A DNA stretch of 24,000 nucleotides from Clostridiales bacterium (lineage in GTDB: Bacteria; Bacillota; Clostridia; Oscillospirales; Acutalibacteraceae): contig DAIOKN010000013.1 in assembly GCA_036756705.1 (NCBI GenBank), forward strand, positions 30,957 to 54,956, in the 5' to 3' direction. A program made the translations under genes and the position numbers. Positions within the stretch are counted from its first letter, which is position 1. Each line of letters begins with the position of its first letter. The notes beneath the pieces are model-generated. The model was not told where the DNA came from. It searched no databases and saw only the letters and a list, made by a program, of their open reading frames with translations. This document shows positions 23,866 to 24,000 of this stretch, piece after piece.

Positions 23866-24000
23866 ATGGACGAAGATTTAAAGCAGCAACTCGAGTGGTT
23901 AAACGCCAACCTGAACACTGTTGCACAAAACCAGGCGATGCTGTACGCGGAACTGAAAGAGATCGAGGGGAGGCTGCCAGAGCAGGAAGCGGAAGGGTAA
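23866..24000 (+). CDS. Small (44 aa) acidic, probably coiled-coil hypothetical protein
   Basis: GGAGG at 23851-23855, 10 nt upstream of ATG 23866. The product is MDEDLKQQLEWLNANLNTVAQNQAMLYAELKEIEGRLPEQEAEG, with the stop at the window end. I recognise no family. The track start 23785 lacks an RBS. Confidence 0.45.
   Translation: MDEDLKQQLEWLNANLNTVAQNQAMLYAELKEIEGRLPEQEAEG

Noticed and set aside
1-24000. Looked for defence systems, CRISPR repeats, transposase or integrase genes, tRNA or rRNA genes and tandem repeats.
   Set aside because: None are supported. There are no regularly spaced direct repeats, no cloverleaf-like segments that I could fold, and every ORF over 150 aa is accounted for by transport, metabolic or regulator families.

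Overview
Densely coding 24-kb chromosomal segment of a Gram-positive-type, probably Clostridia-like, anaerobe. That assignment is an inference from the GGAGG-type RBSs, lipoprotein lipoboxes and gene content. I saw no rRNA, tRNA, CRISPR array, transposase, integrase or recognisable defence gene. Gene order, left to right: (1) a tctB-tctA-tctC tripartite tricarboxylate transporter on the minus strand. (2) A minus-strand operon of an acyl-CoA dehydrogenase and an OYE/4Fe-4S/FAD enoate (2,4-dienoyl-CoA) reductase-family flavoprotein. (3) A divergent plus-strand operon of a second acyl-CoA dehydrogenase, a family III CoA-transferase and an MFS transporter. (4) ydiB-like (frameshifted) - aroD (type I dehydroquinase) - second ydiB/aroE-like gene, then a LysR regulator. 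(5) A convergent aryl/alicyclic-acid CoA ligase with an unusual C-terminal desulforedoxin/SOR-like Cys-rich extension, and a hotdog thioesterase. (6) An SBP-permease-ATPase ABC importer of the family usually labelled putative Trp/Tyr transporter. (7) An iclR regulator and a DHDPS-family lyase. (8) An AT-richer non-coding tail and a small ORF. Findings most worth follow-up: (a) a 42-codon leader ORF containing FYYAYYCFF, embedded in a textbook 1:2 / 2:3 / 3:4 terminator-antiterminator leader upstream of the ABC importer; (b) a compact candidate type I toxin-antitoxin module at 23431-23780, with a 25-aa hydrophobic peptide, SD-sequestering 5' stem and convergent antisense promoter; (c) the CoA-ligase/desulforedoxin-like fusion; (d) the co-localisation of quinate/shikimate enzymes with CoA-thioester redox enzymes, which suggests an uncharacterised reductive quinate/shikimate-to-alicyclic-acid pathway. 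All functional calls come from hand-read motifs and recalled family knowledge. No searches or folding calculations were run.
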